Shown here piece by piece: positions 37,338-48,689 of a DNA stretch of 64,000 nucleotides. The DNA is taken from NCBI RefSeq assembly GCF_030144855.1, contig NC_082714.1:51646001-51710000 (forward strand), written 5' to 3'. The translations under genes were made by a program, and so were the position numbers. Source of the DNA: Hypanus sabinus. Its lineage: Eukaryota. Each line of letters starts with the position of its first letter. The first letter of the stretch is position 1. A model generated the notes under the pieces. It did not search any database. It saw nothing but the letters and a program-made list of their open reading frames with translations, and was not told the DNA's origin.

Positions 37338-40300
37338 ATGGAACCCGTTTTGCGTCCGGACCGGTTGGATTTGGACCCTCAAGACCCTGACGCAGCTCTC
37401 GCTTTTGAACACTGGCTTGCATGCTTCCAATCGTACTTGGCGGAGCTTCGTGCGACTGAACCCGCCGTTATGCACAGAATCCTACTCTCGAGGGTCTCCT
37501 CCAAAGTTTACTCCTTTATCCGGGACCTGCTGACCTACGAAGGGGCACTGGACGCCCTCAAACGACAGTACCTGCGGCCGGTGAACACCGTCTACGCAAG
37601 ACATCGCTTAGCTACCCGGCAACAGCGACCTGGCGAATCGTGCGCTGAGTTTCTCCGAGCACTACAGACACTCGTCCGAGCTTGTGACTGCAAGACGCTC
37701 ACGGCAGAACAGCATGCGGAGCTGCTGGTGCGAGACGCCTTTGTGACGGGACTGAGGTCAGTGTACATGCACCAGCGGCTGCTGGAGAACTCGGATCTTA
37801 CCTTAAGCTCGGCGATAGAGAAGGCCAACGCTCTAGAAGCTGCGCGGCATAACGCCGACGCTGTCCAGTCGCGCGATTCCCCGCCGGTTTCGTGGACGCC
37901 TCAGACCCCGCCACCGCCGGCTCCCGGGAGCGAATTCGCCAACGCCGCCGCCAGTCGCCATTCCACGAGCTCCCCGACCCAGACCACGGCTGTGGCCCGT
38001 AAGAAACTCGTGCTTTGTTATTTCTGTGGCCAAAAGAAACATCCTCGACAACGCTGTCCAGCGCGAGAAGCGACCTGCTCCAGCTGCGGAAAGCGGGGCC
38101 ACTTCGCCAAGGTCTGTAAGTCTCAACCTCGAGCGGAGTGCAGCGCTGCGGGTGAAACGTGGGGGCCGCCATCTTGCATGCCGGGATGTGGGCGGCCATC
38201 TTTGTCGACGTCAGCACGCCCCGCCCCCGATCCTCGGATGCTGACCGGGTACCCCGGATGTGAGCGGCCATCTTTGTCGGCGTCAGCATGCCCCGCCCCC
38301 GACCCTCCGATGCTGACCGGGTACCCCGACGGCGATCCAACTCTGGCCACTGTGACTCTCGACCAAAGCGCCCCACACCAGCTTGCAAGATCCATGATGG
38401 ACATCCAGGTGGAGGGGCATTGGACTGGATGCCTGTTTGACACGGGCAGCACTGGGAGTTTTATTCACCCGGACACAGTGCAACGCTGCGGACTTGCAAC
38501 GCGGCCGGTCAGTCGGAGGTTCCATTTGGCCTCTGGGTCGCAGTCCGCAGACATCCGGGCGGGTTGTGTAGCGACTTTGGTGGTGCAAGGCACAGAATAT
38601 CGGGACTTTGAACTGCTGGTCATGCCTAATCTGTGTGCACCTGTGCTATTGGGGCTGGACTTCCAGAGCCATCTCGAAAGTGTGACTATGGTATACGACG
38701 GGCCCCTCCCACCACTCACTGTCAAGAATCCTCAGTTTTGTGGGACTTCTTCACATACCCCGCTACTGACCACACACACACACGGACACACACATCCCAT
38801 CCAGAACCAGGCCAACAGCTGCGCTACCGACACTTGCAGCCTCTCCACTCTCAAGATCCCTCCCCCACCGCTGTTCGCCAACCTGACCCCCGACTGTAAA
38901 CCTGTGGCAACCAAAAGCAGGAGGTACAGCGCGGGGGACCGGGCCTTCATTCAGTCGGAGGTGCAGCGGCTGCTCAGGGAGGGGATCATTGAGCCGAGCA
39001 CAAGCCCTTGGAGGGCCCAGGTGGTTGTTGTTCGGACTGGGCAGAAAAATAGGATGGTGGTGGACTATAGTCAAACCATCAATAGGTTTACGCAGCTTGA
39101 CGCATACCCCCTACCCCGCATCGCGGATATGGTCAACCAGATTGCTCAGTATAAGGTGTACTCGACAATAGATCTGAAATCCGCTTATCACCAGCTCCCC
39201 ATCTGCCCAGAGGACCGCCCCTACACCGCCTTCGAGGCGGGCGGCCGGCTCTATCACTTCCTGCGCGTCCCTTTCGGTGTCACGAATGGTGTCTCTGTCT
39301 TCCAGAGGGAAATGGACCGGATGGTGGACCAGTACCAACTGCAGGCCACATTTCCCTATCTGGATAACATCACCATCTGTGGTCATGACAGGCCAGATCA
39401 CGACGCCAACCTCCAACGGTTTCTCCAAGTGGCCGCAGCTCTGAACCTTACTTATAACAGGGACAAGTGTGTTTTTGGTACCACCCGCCTTGCTATACTT
39501 GGGTATGTCGTGGAAAACGGGGTTATTGGGCCTGATCCCGAACGTATGCGCCCCCTGTTAGAGCTCCCTCTTCCCACCACTCTCAAGGCCCTCAGACGGT
39601 GCCTGGGGTTTTTTTCCTATTACGCCCAATGGGTCCCCCATTACGCAGACAAGGCTCGCCCCCTGGTCAAGTCTACCTCGTTTCCCCTCTCTGCTGAGGC
39701 CTGCGCGGCCTTCAACTGCATTAAAGCGGACATTGCCAAAGCTACGATGCATGCAGTGGACGAGACCGCTCCCTTCCAAGTGGAGTGTGATGCCTCCGAT
39801 TTCGCTCTGGCTGCTACCCTTAATCAGGAAGGCAGACCAGTAGCATTCTTTTCTCGCACCCTCCAAGGCTCTGAAATTCGGCACTCCGCGGTGGAGAAAG
39901 AAGCCCAGGCCATAGTGGAGGCTGTTAGGCACTGGAGGCACTATCTTGCTGGCAAACGATTCACTGTGCTGACCAACCAGCGCTCGGTTGCGTTCCTGTT
40001 CAGCAACCAACAGCGGGGCAAGATCAAAAATGATAAGATTTTGCGGTGGAGGATAGAACTCTCCACCTACACCTATGATATCCTGTACCGGCCTGGCAGA
40101 CTCAATGAGCCCCCTGATGCCCTATCCCGGGGAACATGTGCTAGCACACAGCTCGACCAGCTGTACGCCCTTCATGCACAACTTTGCCATCCGGGGGTCA
40201 CCCGATTTTACCATTTTGTGAAAGCTCAGAACCTGCCGTACTCCCTGGAGGACATCAGGACGATGACCAGGGACTGCCAAATTTGTGCCGAGTGCAAACC

Positions 40301-41318
40301 GCACTTCTACTGTCCTGACACGGCACAACTTGTCAAGGCCACCCGCCCTTTTGAACGCCTGAGTGTTGACCTTAAGGGCCCCCTTCCCTCCACTGACCGC
40401 AATGTCTATTTTCTCAGTGTTATTGACGAGTTCTCACGGTTCCCCTTTGCCATCCCCTGCCCCGACACCACTGCCACGTCCGTCATAAAAGCCCTGCGCC
40501 AGCTCTTCACTCTGTTCGGGTATCCCTGCTATATCCACAGTGATAGAGGGTCCTCCTTTATGAGTGAGGAGCTGCGCCAGTACTTGCTAGCTAGGGGCAT
40601 TGCTACCAGTCGGACCACGAGTTATAATCCCCGGGGTAATGGCCAGGTAGAGCGGGAGAATGCCACAGTGTGGAAGGCCACACTTTTAGCCCTTAAGTCC
40701 AAAGGGTTGCCGGTCTCTCGATGGCAGGAGGTCCTCCCTGAGGCACTGCACTCTATCCGCTCTCTGTTATGTACGTCCACCAATGCCACCCCTCACGAAC
40801 GCCTATTCTCTTTTCCCAGGAAGTCTGTCACTGGGACCACCCTACCAGTTTGGCTGACGTCCCCGGGGCCAGTGCTGCTCCGGAAACATGTGAGGAGCAA
40901 TAAATACTCCCCGCTGGTGGAGAGGGTTCACCTTCTCCATGCGAACCCCCAGTATGCTTACGTGGTCTTACCTGATGGGCGGGAGGACACGGTCTCCATC
41001 CGCGACCTGGCACCCGCAGGTGCAGCAGACCACTACCCTGAAGGCTCTCCGGTAACTGTGAACCCTGCACCAGAGGTGACACCGTACTCACCAGGCCCTA
41101 CACAGACTCCTCACGACACTTGTATACCGGGCGTTTCGTACGCATTTATACCAGGCGCCTCGCACATGCATGAGGGATCACCGGCGCCTAGTGGGCAAGA
41201 ACACGCGCAACCCCCGTCCCCTGTGCAATCGCCAATGTTGCCGGCACCTATGCGGTCACAGCCGGTGCTACGTAGATCGCAGCGACAGATTCGACCGCCT
41301 GATCGGCTTGACTTGTAA
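37338..41318 (+). CDS. Gag-Pol polyprotein (Gag with two CCHC knuckles, protease, RT, RNase H, integrase)
   Basis: CYFCGQKKHPRQRC and CSSCGKRGHFAKVC; protease LFDTGS; RT IDLKSAYHQ, PFGVTNG, YLDN; RNase H DASD and EKEA; integrase HHCC plus VDLKG / SDRG / VEREN. Confidence 0.96.
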   Translation: MEPVLRPDRLDLDPQDPDAALAFEHWLACFQSYLAELRATEPAVMHRILLSRVSSKVYSFIRDLLTYEGALDALKRQYLRPVNTVYARHRLATRQQRPGESCAEFLRALQTLVRACDCKTLTAEQHAELLVRDAFVTGLRSVYMHQRLLENSDLTLSSAIEKANALEAARHNADAVQSRDSPPVSWTPQTPPPPAPGSEFANAAASRHSTSSPTQTTAVARKKLVLCYFCGQKKHPRQRCPAREATCSSCGKRGHFAKVCKSQPRAECSAAGETWGPPSCMPGCGRPSLSTSARPAPDPRMLTGYPGCERPSLSASACPAPDPPMLTGYPDGDPTLATVTLDQSAPHQLARSMMDIQVEGHWTGCLFDTGSTGSFIHPDTVQRCGLATRPVSRRFHLASGSQSADIRAGCVATLVVQGTEYRDFELLVMPNLCAPVLLGLDFQSHLESVTMVYDGPLPPLTVKNPQFCGTSSHTPLLTTHTHGHTHPIQNQANSCATDTCSLSTLKIPPPPLFANLTPDCKPVATKSRRYSAGDRAFIQSEVQRLLREGIIEPSTSPWRAQVVVVRTGQKNRMVVDYSQTINRFTQLDAYPLPRIADMVNQIAQYKVYSTIDLKSAYHQLPICPEDRPYTAFEAGGRLYHFLRVPFGVTNGVSVFQREMDRMVDQYQLQATFPYLDNITICGHDRPDHDANLQRFLQVAAALNLTYNRDKCVFGTTRLAILGYVVENGVIGPDPERMRPLLELPLPTTLKALRRCLGFFSYYAQWVPHYADKARPLVKSTSFPLSAEACAAFNCIKADIAKATMHAVDETAPFQVECDASDFALAATLNQEGRPVAFFSRTLQGSEIRHSAVEKEAQAIVEAVRHWRHYLAGKRFTVLTNQRSVAFLFSNQQRGKIKNDKILRWRIELSTYTYDILYRPGRLNEPPDALSRGTCASTQLDQLYALHAQLCHPGVTRFYHFVKAQNLPYSLEDIRTMTRDCQICAECKPHFYCPDTAQLVKATRPFERLSVDLKGPLPSTDRNVYFLSVIDEFSRFPFAIPCPDTTATSVIKALRQLFTLFGYPCYIHSDRGSSFMSEELRQYLLARGIATSRTTSYNPRGNGQVERENATVWKATLLALKSKGLPVSRWQEVLPEALHSIRSLLCTSTNATPHERLFSFPRKSVTGTTLPVWLTSPGPVLLRKHVRSNKYSPLVERVHLLHANPQYAYVVLPDGREDTVSIRDLAPAGAADHYPEGSPVTVNPAPEVTPYSPGPTQTPHDTCIPGVSYAFIPGASHMHEGSPAPSGQEHAQPPSPVQSPMLPAPMRSQPVLRRSQRQIRPPDRLDL

Positions 41319-41364
41319 GAACCTTCGCTACATGAGGACTTTTTCAAACGAAGGGGGGGGTGAA

Positions 41365-41576
41365 TGTGGTGAACTATGTGCCTGTCGGGACACGCCCCTG
41401 CTGACTGCTCCTGTGGCTCCTCCCACAGGCCCCTGTATAAAGGAGACCTGCGGCCTGAAGATCGGCCTCAGTCTCCAGGACCTTGTATGATAGACACTCA
41501 CTCCTGGTTCCTTCTTCCAGTCAATAAAAGCTGATATCTCGCCTACGTCTCAGTGTGAGTTATTGATGGTGCATCA
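41365..41576 (+). repeat. 3' LTR
   Basis: No mismatch to 37100-37311 on base-by-base reading. Confidence 0.97.
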
Positions 41577-41693
41577 ACCACCAATGAAGAGCACAGGTAT
41601 CCCAACTTTTCATCTGGATTCTTAGTGCCTTTCCAGATATCTGAACCTTTGGTGCAACTATTCCCCAACATTGGATGCAATTGATTATTTTAA

Positions 41694-42250
41694 TGTTGCT
41701 CAGGATTTCTTACTTTAAGTGGCATTCATGTTCTTTATTTGAGATTTTTATGTTCTTTGTTTTGCGGCTATTATTGGAGTATAAAACTTGTATCATTTGC
41801 TGTGTAACCAAAACTATGTTGTCAGTTTGCTATGCATGTACTCAATTTGGTAGAATGAAATCTTAGGTAGCTAAAGAGCTAAAGAAATGTAGATTAGAAC
41901 ATTGCTCAGTTCTGAGTTTTAAGACTGAAGTCTTAAAAATGTAGAAGACAATGGTATGTTAATGAGAAGTAGCTAAAAGATGTAGATTAGAACATGATTA
42001 AGCCAATTGATAGGAACAATAGGGACATGAAGTACGAGTAGTAAGTGTAATACGCAACTATAGATCGATTACGTATGCTAATGCAACTGGACCAGGAGAT
42101 TGCTATAAAAAAATCGTGTCCGAGGATCGGTGGGCAATCAGCGACTAGCTCAATGACTGTCTCAGCTTTGATTTGCAAATTAAAGTTTAACCCTTTTTGA
42201 AGAATCTTCTGCATCTCCTGGTCATTTGTGAGGCACGAAAAACCACAACA
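41694..42250 (+). mobile_element. Possible solo LTR (left boundary uncertain)
   Basis: TGTTG...CAACA termini, internal duplicated GTAGCTAAA...ATGTAGATTAGAACAT, TATAAAA near 42104, ATTAAA near 42179; TSD not clean. Confidence 0.4.
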
Positions 42251-42849
42251 TAATCTGGAGAAGACAAATTTCAGAGTTGTATATGGATAAATTCTTTGAA
42301 CCTCTTGCAACTCGCTCTTTGTAGTCTGTATAATCATCAATTCTTCTGAAGAACTAGACAATTTCTCTTGCTAGCACTGCGGTATCATTTTTGTCATGTG
42401 TCTCATAATATCTGTGCATGGCTTACCTTTCACATAGCCTTGCCTCTTCCTAGGCATTTGGTTTGGTTTTTAACCCATCCAAATACTTTCTGCCTCTGCT
42501 GGTACCATTGGTTCAACTGAATGTGTTTCTTTCTCCTTTTTCACTCAGATTCATGACAAAGCAAATGATTCTTGAGGGAAAGCCCTGTCTGCTTGATGCA
42601 CGTTTCCCTGCTCTAGAGCAACAATATTTCCTAAAATACAAGAAAATGGAAAATGCAAACATCAAAACTTTAAGCCAGTCCCTTTTACCAAGGCTATCTT
42701 AAAGTGCAGTTTGTCACACCTATCAGAACCACGACTATCCTTGGGCAACTAAGCACCTCATATCTCAATTATATATGCTACTCTAGGGTATGTGCAGAAA
42801 TGAGCATTACTTTTTAAATCGTAAGATGCAGTCAAAAATACCCGCAAAC

Positions 42850-43080
42850 CTATATATTTAACGATACAATGTGGAACAGGCCCTTCTGGCCCAATGAGCC
42901 ATACCACCCAGCAACCCACCCATTTTATATTGGCCCATTCTCAGGACAATTTACAATAACCAATTAACCTACATACTGGTACGCCTTTGGACTGTAGGAG
43001 GAAATTGGAGCGCTCATGGGGAGAACTCCTTGCAATCAGCGCCAGAATTGAACTCCGTTGCCTTGAGCTGTAGTAGCATC
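42850..43080 (-). mobile_element. V-SINE
   Basis: Reverse-complement homologue of 9903-10180. Confidence 0.65.
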
Positions 43081-43789
43081 CCTTTGAGGGTCTTGCTCCA
43101 TTACTGAATGGTCTACGCATTACATAGTCATCACCATATCTTGGTAGCTGGAACAGGTCTTTTGTCATTCCACCTCCACTTCTGACAGATTCCAGATATC
43201 AAGCACTGTTTAAAATATCTTTACCTCTCAGATCCCCTTTAAAGGTCTTTCCTTTCACCTTAAAGCTAATTCCCCATATGGTTTTGATACTCTTACCAGG
43301 TCTCTCCCCCCCATCACCCTTGGTCTTTTCTTGAAAGGATAAAGCCAGGCACTTCATCACTTTAGTTTGTAACCAGGCTGTGATGACGCTGTTTATCATC
43401 AGCCAACATGTGCACCATAGAGATGGCTTGTAGGGTTTGGATCATGTTCCGATATGGATGTATAGCATGTTTGGTACGGTGGCTATTGAGCCAAGGTGAA
43501 CAGCTGTATTTTGTAGTGATGATGTTCATGGCAGAGCATAGTTGGCGGTACCTGTCAACTTTAATTTGAGGTTCACTTGTGATAACCTTAGCTCTGATGT
43601 TCAGGAGGTGCAAAAATGTATTTTGAGGCTTGTTATGGATGAACTGGAGATAGACCTTTTACTTGGTCTTCCTGCTATTAAAATGATGTCCTGGAACATT
43701 TGGTCAAAGCCTCCTTGCCTAGAAAAGCTAACCCACTCCAAGTGATTTTTCTATGTCTATTATCCAAAAAACCACACTGGTATCTATTC

Positions 43790-44400
43790 AAAAATGTGGA
43801 GAATTAACTGAGGTGGTGATAGGTGAAAGGTGGAAAAGGTAAAGGACTGATGGAGGACTGGGGCATCAGGGGGAGGTGATAGGCATGTGAGGTGAAGAGG
43901 CAAGAGGGAGCCAGACAGGAAAGTAAAAAGGGGGGGGGGGCAGAAATTACCAGAAGTTGGAGAAATTGATGTTAATGCCATCAAGGTTGGAGGTTACCAG
44001 ACAGAATATGAGGTGTTGCTCCTCAAACCTGTGTGGACTCTTCGTGGCAGTAGAGGAAGCCATGGACCAATATGTTGGAATGGGAATTGGAATTAAAATA
44101 GCTGGACACCAGTAAACCCTGTTCTTTGCAGCTGGAGCTGAGGTGCTCGACAAAGTGGTCCCTCAATCAATGCCGGGTCTCTGCAATGTAGAGGAGGCCC
44201 CCATCAGGAGCACCATATACAGCTGACAATCCCAACATTTGCAGGTGGATTGCCTTACATGGAAGGACCGCGAGGACAGAAATGACTGGCAGGTGTATCA
44301 TTTCTTCTGCTTGCTGGGGGATAAGTGCCAGGATGGAATGATCCCAGTGGAAAGTGGAGAATGGAGTGGGGGGGGGGGGGAGGAGAAAGAAAATGAAAGG
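43790..44400 (-). mobile_element. Degraded Penelope-like fragment (GIY-YIG region and tail)
   Basis: EEQHLIFCL..SNLDGININFSNF; homologous to 18850-19200. Confidence 0.65.
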
Positions 44401-45019
44401 TAAAGATGTATTTGGTGAATTTCAGAAGTAAAGCATGAATGACTGCCCAATAGATAAAAGCTACAAGTGACTAGTTGGGCTACTAAGGAACCCTGGTAAT
44501 TGCCACTGAGAAGGGCCTCAAGAGGAAACAATACCAATCTTGCACAAAGGAAAATGGTTGTTGTTACTGGAGACCAAAGCCCAGCCAACACTGCAGAAAT
44601 TCCTCAGGGCAATGGCCCAAGCCCAATTATCTTCGGCCATTTTCCTTCCACCGTCAAAAGTAAAGATGTTCAGCAAGAAATGCACAATGTTCCTTTACTT
44701 TCACAATTCCTCACAAATGAGTCATATACAAGACCACAATAACTTTCAGGCATGAGTTGAACAATTACATGTAGTATTTTCACCACTAAAGCTGGAGATG
44801 CTCATTACCAAATACATGAGAGTTGAACTACATATCATTTACATACGGCTGCATTCTTATTCCAAGTCCATACCATTAATATCCTGGAATCACCATTGGC
44901 CAAGAACTTAACAGGGCCAGTCACATAAACATTGCAAAATTAATTTGATTGTTAAGTGGCAAGTAATATTCACCAAGAGGTGATCTGAAGAGGATACTCA
45001 CTTCCTGATTAACCAACGT

Positions 45020-48000
45020 CCTTGCACAATTTAAAGAGCAGGACCTCCAGAGTAACAATCTCAGGATTGCTACCTGTGCCACATGTGAGTGAGGCAAGGA
45101 ACAGAAAGATTATACAGATTAATACGTGGCTGAGAGGATGGTGCAGCAGGGAGGGCTTCAGGTTTTTAGATAATTGGGCTTTGTTCCAGGGAAGGTGGGA
45201 TCTGTTCCGAAGGGACGGTTTACACCTGAACTGGAGCGGTACTAACATTCTTGCAGGGAAGTTTGCTAGTGCTTCTTGGGGGGGGGTTTAAACTAAATTT
45301 GCAGGGGGCGGGGATCCAGACTGTGAGAGACAATAGCGAGAGGAAGAATAAAGGACAGGTGGGGACTACACGGTTCCGGAAAATTAAGTGTGTAGTAGAG
45401 AAAGGTGAGGCGGAACAAGTGATAAGGAGGACACATGTGCAGAGGGATGGTCTGACGGAACATGGAGTTAAATGTATTGAAAGAATAAGTAAATTTAGGA
45501 AGGACAACAAAATTCTAGGGGTGTATAGCCTGATGGGAGTTCGGGGAGCTGGGTTAAGCACAAAAGGCAGTGATTCAAACAGAGAGGAGAAATTGGCTAA
45601 AAATTCTATATCTGAATGCACTAAGTGTCAGAAATAAGGCGGATGAGCTTTAAGCTCATGTGCGAATGGTTAACTATGATGTTGTTGGGATAACGGAAAC
45701 ATGGCTGCAGGGAGATCAGACCTGGGAATTGAATGTACAAGGGTATACGTGCTATCGTAGGGACAGAAATGTGGGCAGAGGGGGCTGGGGTGGCCCTGTT
45801 GGTGAGGAAAGAGATTCAGTCCTTTGCAAGGGGGGGGGGGGGAGAGAGACATAGGATCAGGAGAAGTAGAGTCTGTGTGGATAGAATTGAGGAACAGCAA
45901 GGGCAAAAGGACCCAAATGCGTGTTGTCTACAGGCTACCAAACAGTAGCATGGATATTGGGTGCAAGTTGAATAGGGAGTTAACATTGGCGTGTGGCAAA
46001 GGTAATGTGGCAGTAGTTATGGGGGATTTCAACATGCAGGTGAACTGGGAGAATCAGGTTGGTGCTGGACCCCAGGATAGGGAATTTGTAGAGTGCCTAC
46101 AGGATGCATTCTTGGAACAGCTTGTACGAGAGCCGACCAGGGACAAGACTATTCTGCATTTAGTGTTATGTAATGAACAGGATTTGATAAGCGATCTTGC
46201 AGTAAAGGAGCCATTAGGAGGTAGTGATCATAATCTGATAAGTTTTTATCTGCAATTTGAGAAGGATAAGGGCAGCTCGGAGGTGTCAGTGTTGCAGTTG
46301 AACAGGGGAAATTATGGAGCCATGAGGGATTTGCTGGCCAAAGTTGACTGGATGGATATCCTAGCAGAAAAGACAGTGGAACAGCAATGGCAGGTATTCT
46401 TGGGAATAATGCACAAGGTGCAAAATCAGTTTATCCCCCGGAGAAGGAAGGATTCAAAGGGGGGGGGGGAGGGAAGGGGCCACAGTGGTTGACAAAGGAA
46501 GTCAGAGATTGCATAGCATTAAAAAAAAAAGAAGTATGACAGAGTTAAGGTGAGTGGGAGGACAGATGATTGGGAAGTTTTTAAGGAACAACAGAACTTA
46601 ACTAAAAAGGCAATACGGGGAGAAAAAATGAGGTACGAACGCAAGCTAGCCAGGAATATAAAGGAAGATAGCAAAAGCTTTTTTTTTAAGGTATGTGAAG
46701 AGAAAAAAGATAGTTAAGAACAATGTTGGGCCCTTGAAGAACGAATTGGGTGAAATTGTTATGGGAAACAGAGAAATGGCAGAAGAATTTAATGAGTACT
46801 TTACATCTGTTTTCACTAAGGAAGACACAAGCAATCTCCCAGATGTATGGATGGGCCAAGGACATAGGGTAACAGAGGAAATGAAACAGATTGACATTAG
46901 GAAGGAAATGGTGATGAGAAGACTAATGGGACTGAAAGCTGACAAATCCCCAGGTCCAGATGGTCTTTATCCTAGGGTACTAAAGGAGGTGGCCCTGGAA
47001 ATTGCGGAAGCATTGGTAATCATTTTCCAATGTTCCTTAGATTCAGGATCAGTTCCTGAGGATTGGAGAAAGGCTAATGTTATCCCACTTTTTAAGAAAG
47101 GAGGGAGGGAGAAAACAGAGAACGGTGACATCGGTGGTGGGGAAGATGCTAGAGTCCATTATTAAGGATGAAATAGTGGCATATCTAGATAGCAGTGATA
47201 GGATTGGGCCGAGCAAGCATGGATTTACCAAGGGCAAATCATGCTTGACTAATCTGTTGGGAGTTTTTTTGAGGATGTAACCAGGAAGTTAGACGGGGGA
47301 GATCCAGCGGATGTAGTGTACCTCGATTTTCAGAAGGCATTTGATAAGGTCCCACATAGGAGATTGGTGGGTAAAAATCAAAGCTCATGGCATTGGGGTG
47401 AAGACATTGACATGGATAGAAAACTGGTTGGCAGATAGAAAGCAAAGGGTAGCGGTGAATGGGTGCTTCTCGGAATGGCAGGTGGTGACTAGTGGGGTGC
47501 CACAGGGCTCGGTATTGGGACCACAGCTGTTTACAATTTACGTCAACGATTTAGATAAAGGCATTGAGAATAACATCAGCAAATTTGCTGATGATACTAA
47601 GCTGGGTGGCAGTGTGACATGTGATGAAGATGTTAGGAGAATTCAGGGTGACTTGGATAGGCTGAGTGAGTGGGCAGATACTTGGCAGATGACGTTTAAT
47701 GTGAATAAGTGTGAAGTTATCCACTTTGGGAGTAAGAACAGGAAGGCAGATTATTATCTGAATGGTGTAGAGTTAGGTAAGGGAGAAATACAAAGAGATC
47801 TAGGAGTCCTTGTTCATCAGTCACTGAAGGTGAATGAGCAAGTGCAGCAGGCAATGAAGAAGGCTAATGGAATGTTGGCCTTTATTACAAAGGGAATTGA
47901 GTACAAGAGCAAGGAAATCCTCTTGCATTTGTACAGAGCCCTGGTGAGACCACACCTGGAGTATTGTGTACAGTTTTGGTCTCCAGGGTTAAGGAAGGAC

Positions 48001-48468
48001 ATCCTGGCTGTAGAGGAAGTGCAGTGTAGATTCACGAGGTTAATTCCTGGGATGTCTGGACTGTCTTACGCAGAGCGGTTAGAGAGACCGGGCTTGTACA
48101 CGCTGGAATTAAGGAGATTGAGAGGGGATCTGATTGAAACATATAAGATTATTAAGGGATTGGACAAGATAGAGGCAGGAAATATGTTCCAGATGCTGGG
48201 AGAGTCCAGTACCAGAGGGCATGGTTTGGAAAAACTTCTTCTCCCAGAGAGTTGTGGGGATCTGGAATGCACTGCTTCGGAAGGTAGTGAAGGCCAATTC
48301 TCTGGATGCTTTCAAGAAGGAGCTAGATAGGTATCTTATGGATAGGGGAATCATGGGATATGGGGACAAGGCAGGAACCAGGTATTGATAGTAGATGATC
48401 AGCCATGATCTCAGTGCAGGCTTGAAGGGCCGAATGGTCTACTTCTGCACTTATTGTCTATTGTCTGT
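45020..48468 (+). mobile_element. CR1 LINE, 5'-truncated: ORF1 SGNH-esterase C-terminus plus disrupted ORF2 (APE endonuclease and RT)
   Basis: RDGLHLNWSGTNILAG (ORF1); YDVVGITETWL, VVMGDFN, GGSDHN (EN); SGVPQGSVLGP, KFADDTKL (RT); (ATTGTCT)n tail; frameshifts and a stop. Confidence 0.93.
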
Positions 48469-48689
48469 AGACAAGGCTTTAAATCAAACAGTAGGGAACG
48501 GGTACTTCCTTTACTTACTTAAGCTCATCGCCTCTGCTTGGGCACAGGCCACTGATAGCAACTCATCAGAGTCCTCAGTCTTGGGCCAATCTTTCAAGTT
48601 CTCGCCAGGTGTAACCCTCCTTCAATGTTCCTTCCTCTCCCAGGGATGAGGTCTTTTGGAGTTTTTGTTGGTGTTTCTGCAGGATGGCA

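Larger units (their letters stand above)
37100..41576 (+). mobile_element. Full-length Ty3/Gypsy LTR retrotransposon (Mag-like gag, no chromodomain)
   Basis: 212-bp LTRs, TG...CA, TSD ACCAC (37095-37099, 41577-41581), PPT AAGGGGGGGGTGAA (41351-41364), single intact ORF. Confidence 0.97.

Noticed and set aside
37592-41490. Many antisense and alternate-frame ORFs over the Gypsy element (possible env or accessory genes)
   Set aside because: Expected by chance in GC-rich coding DNA; no signal peptide/TM env pattern and no space between pol and the 3' LTR.
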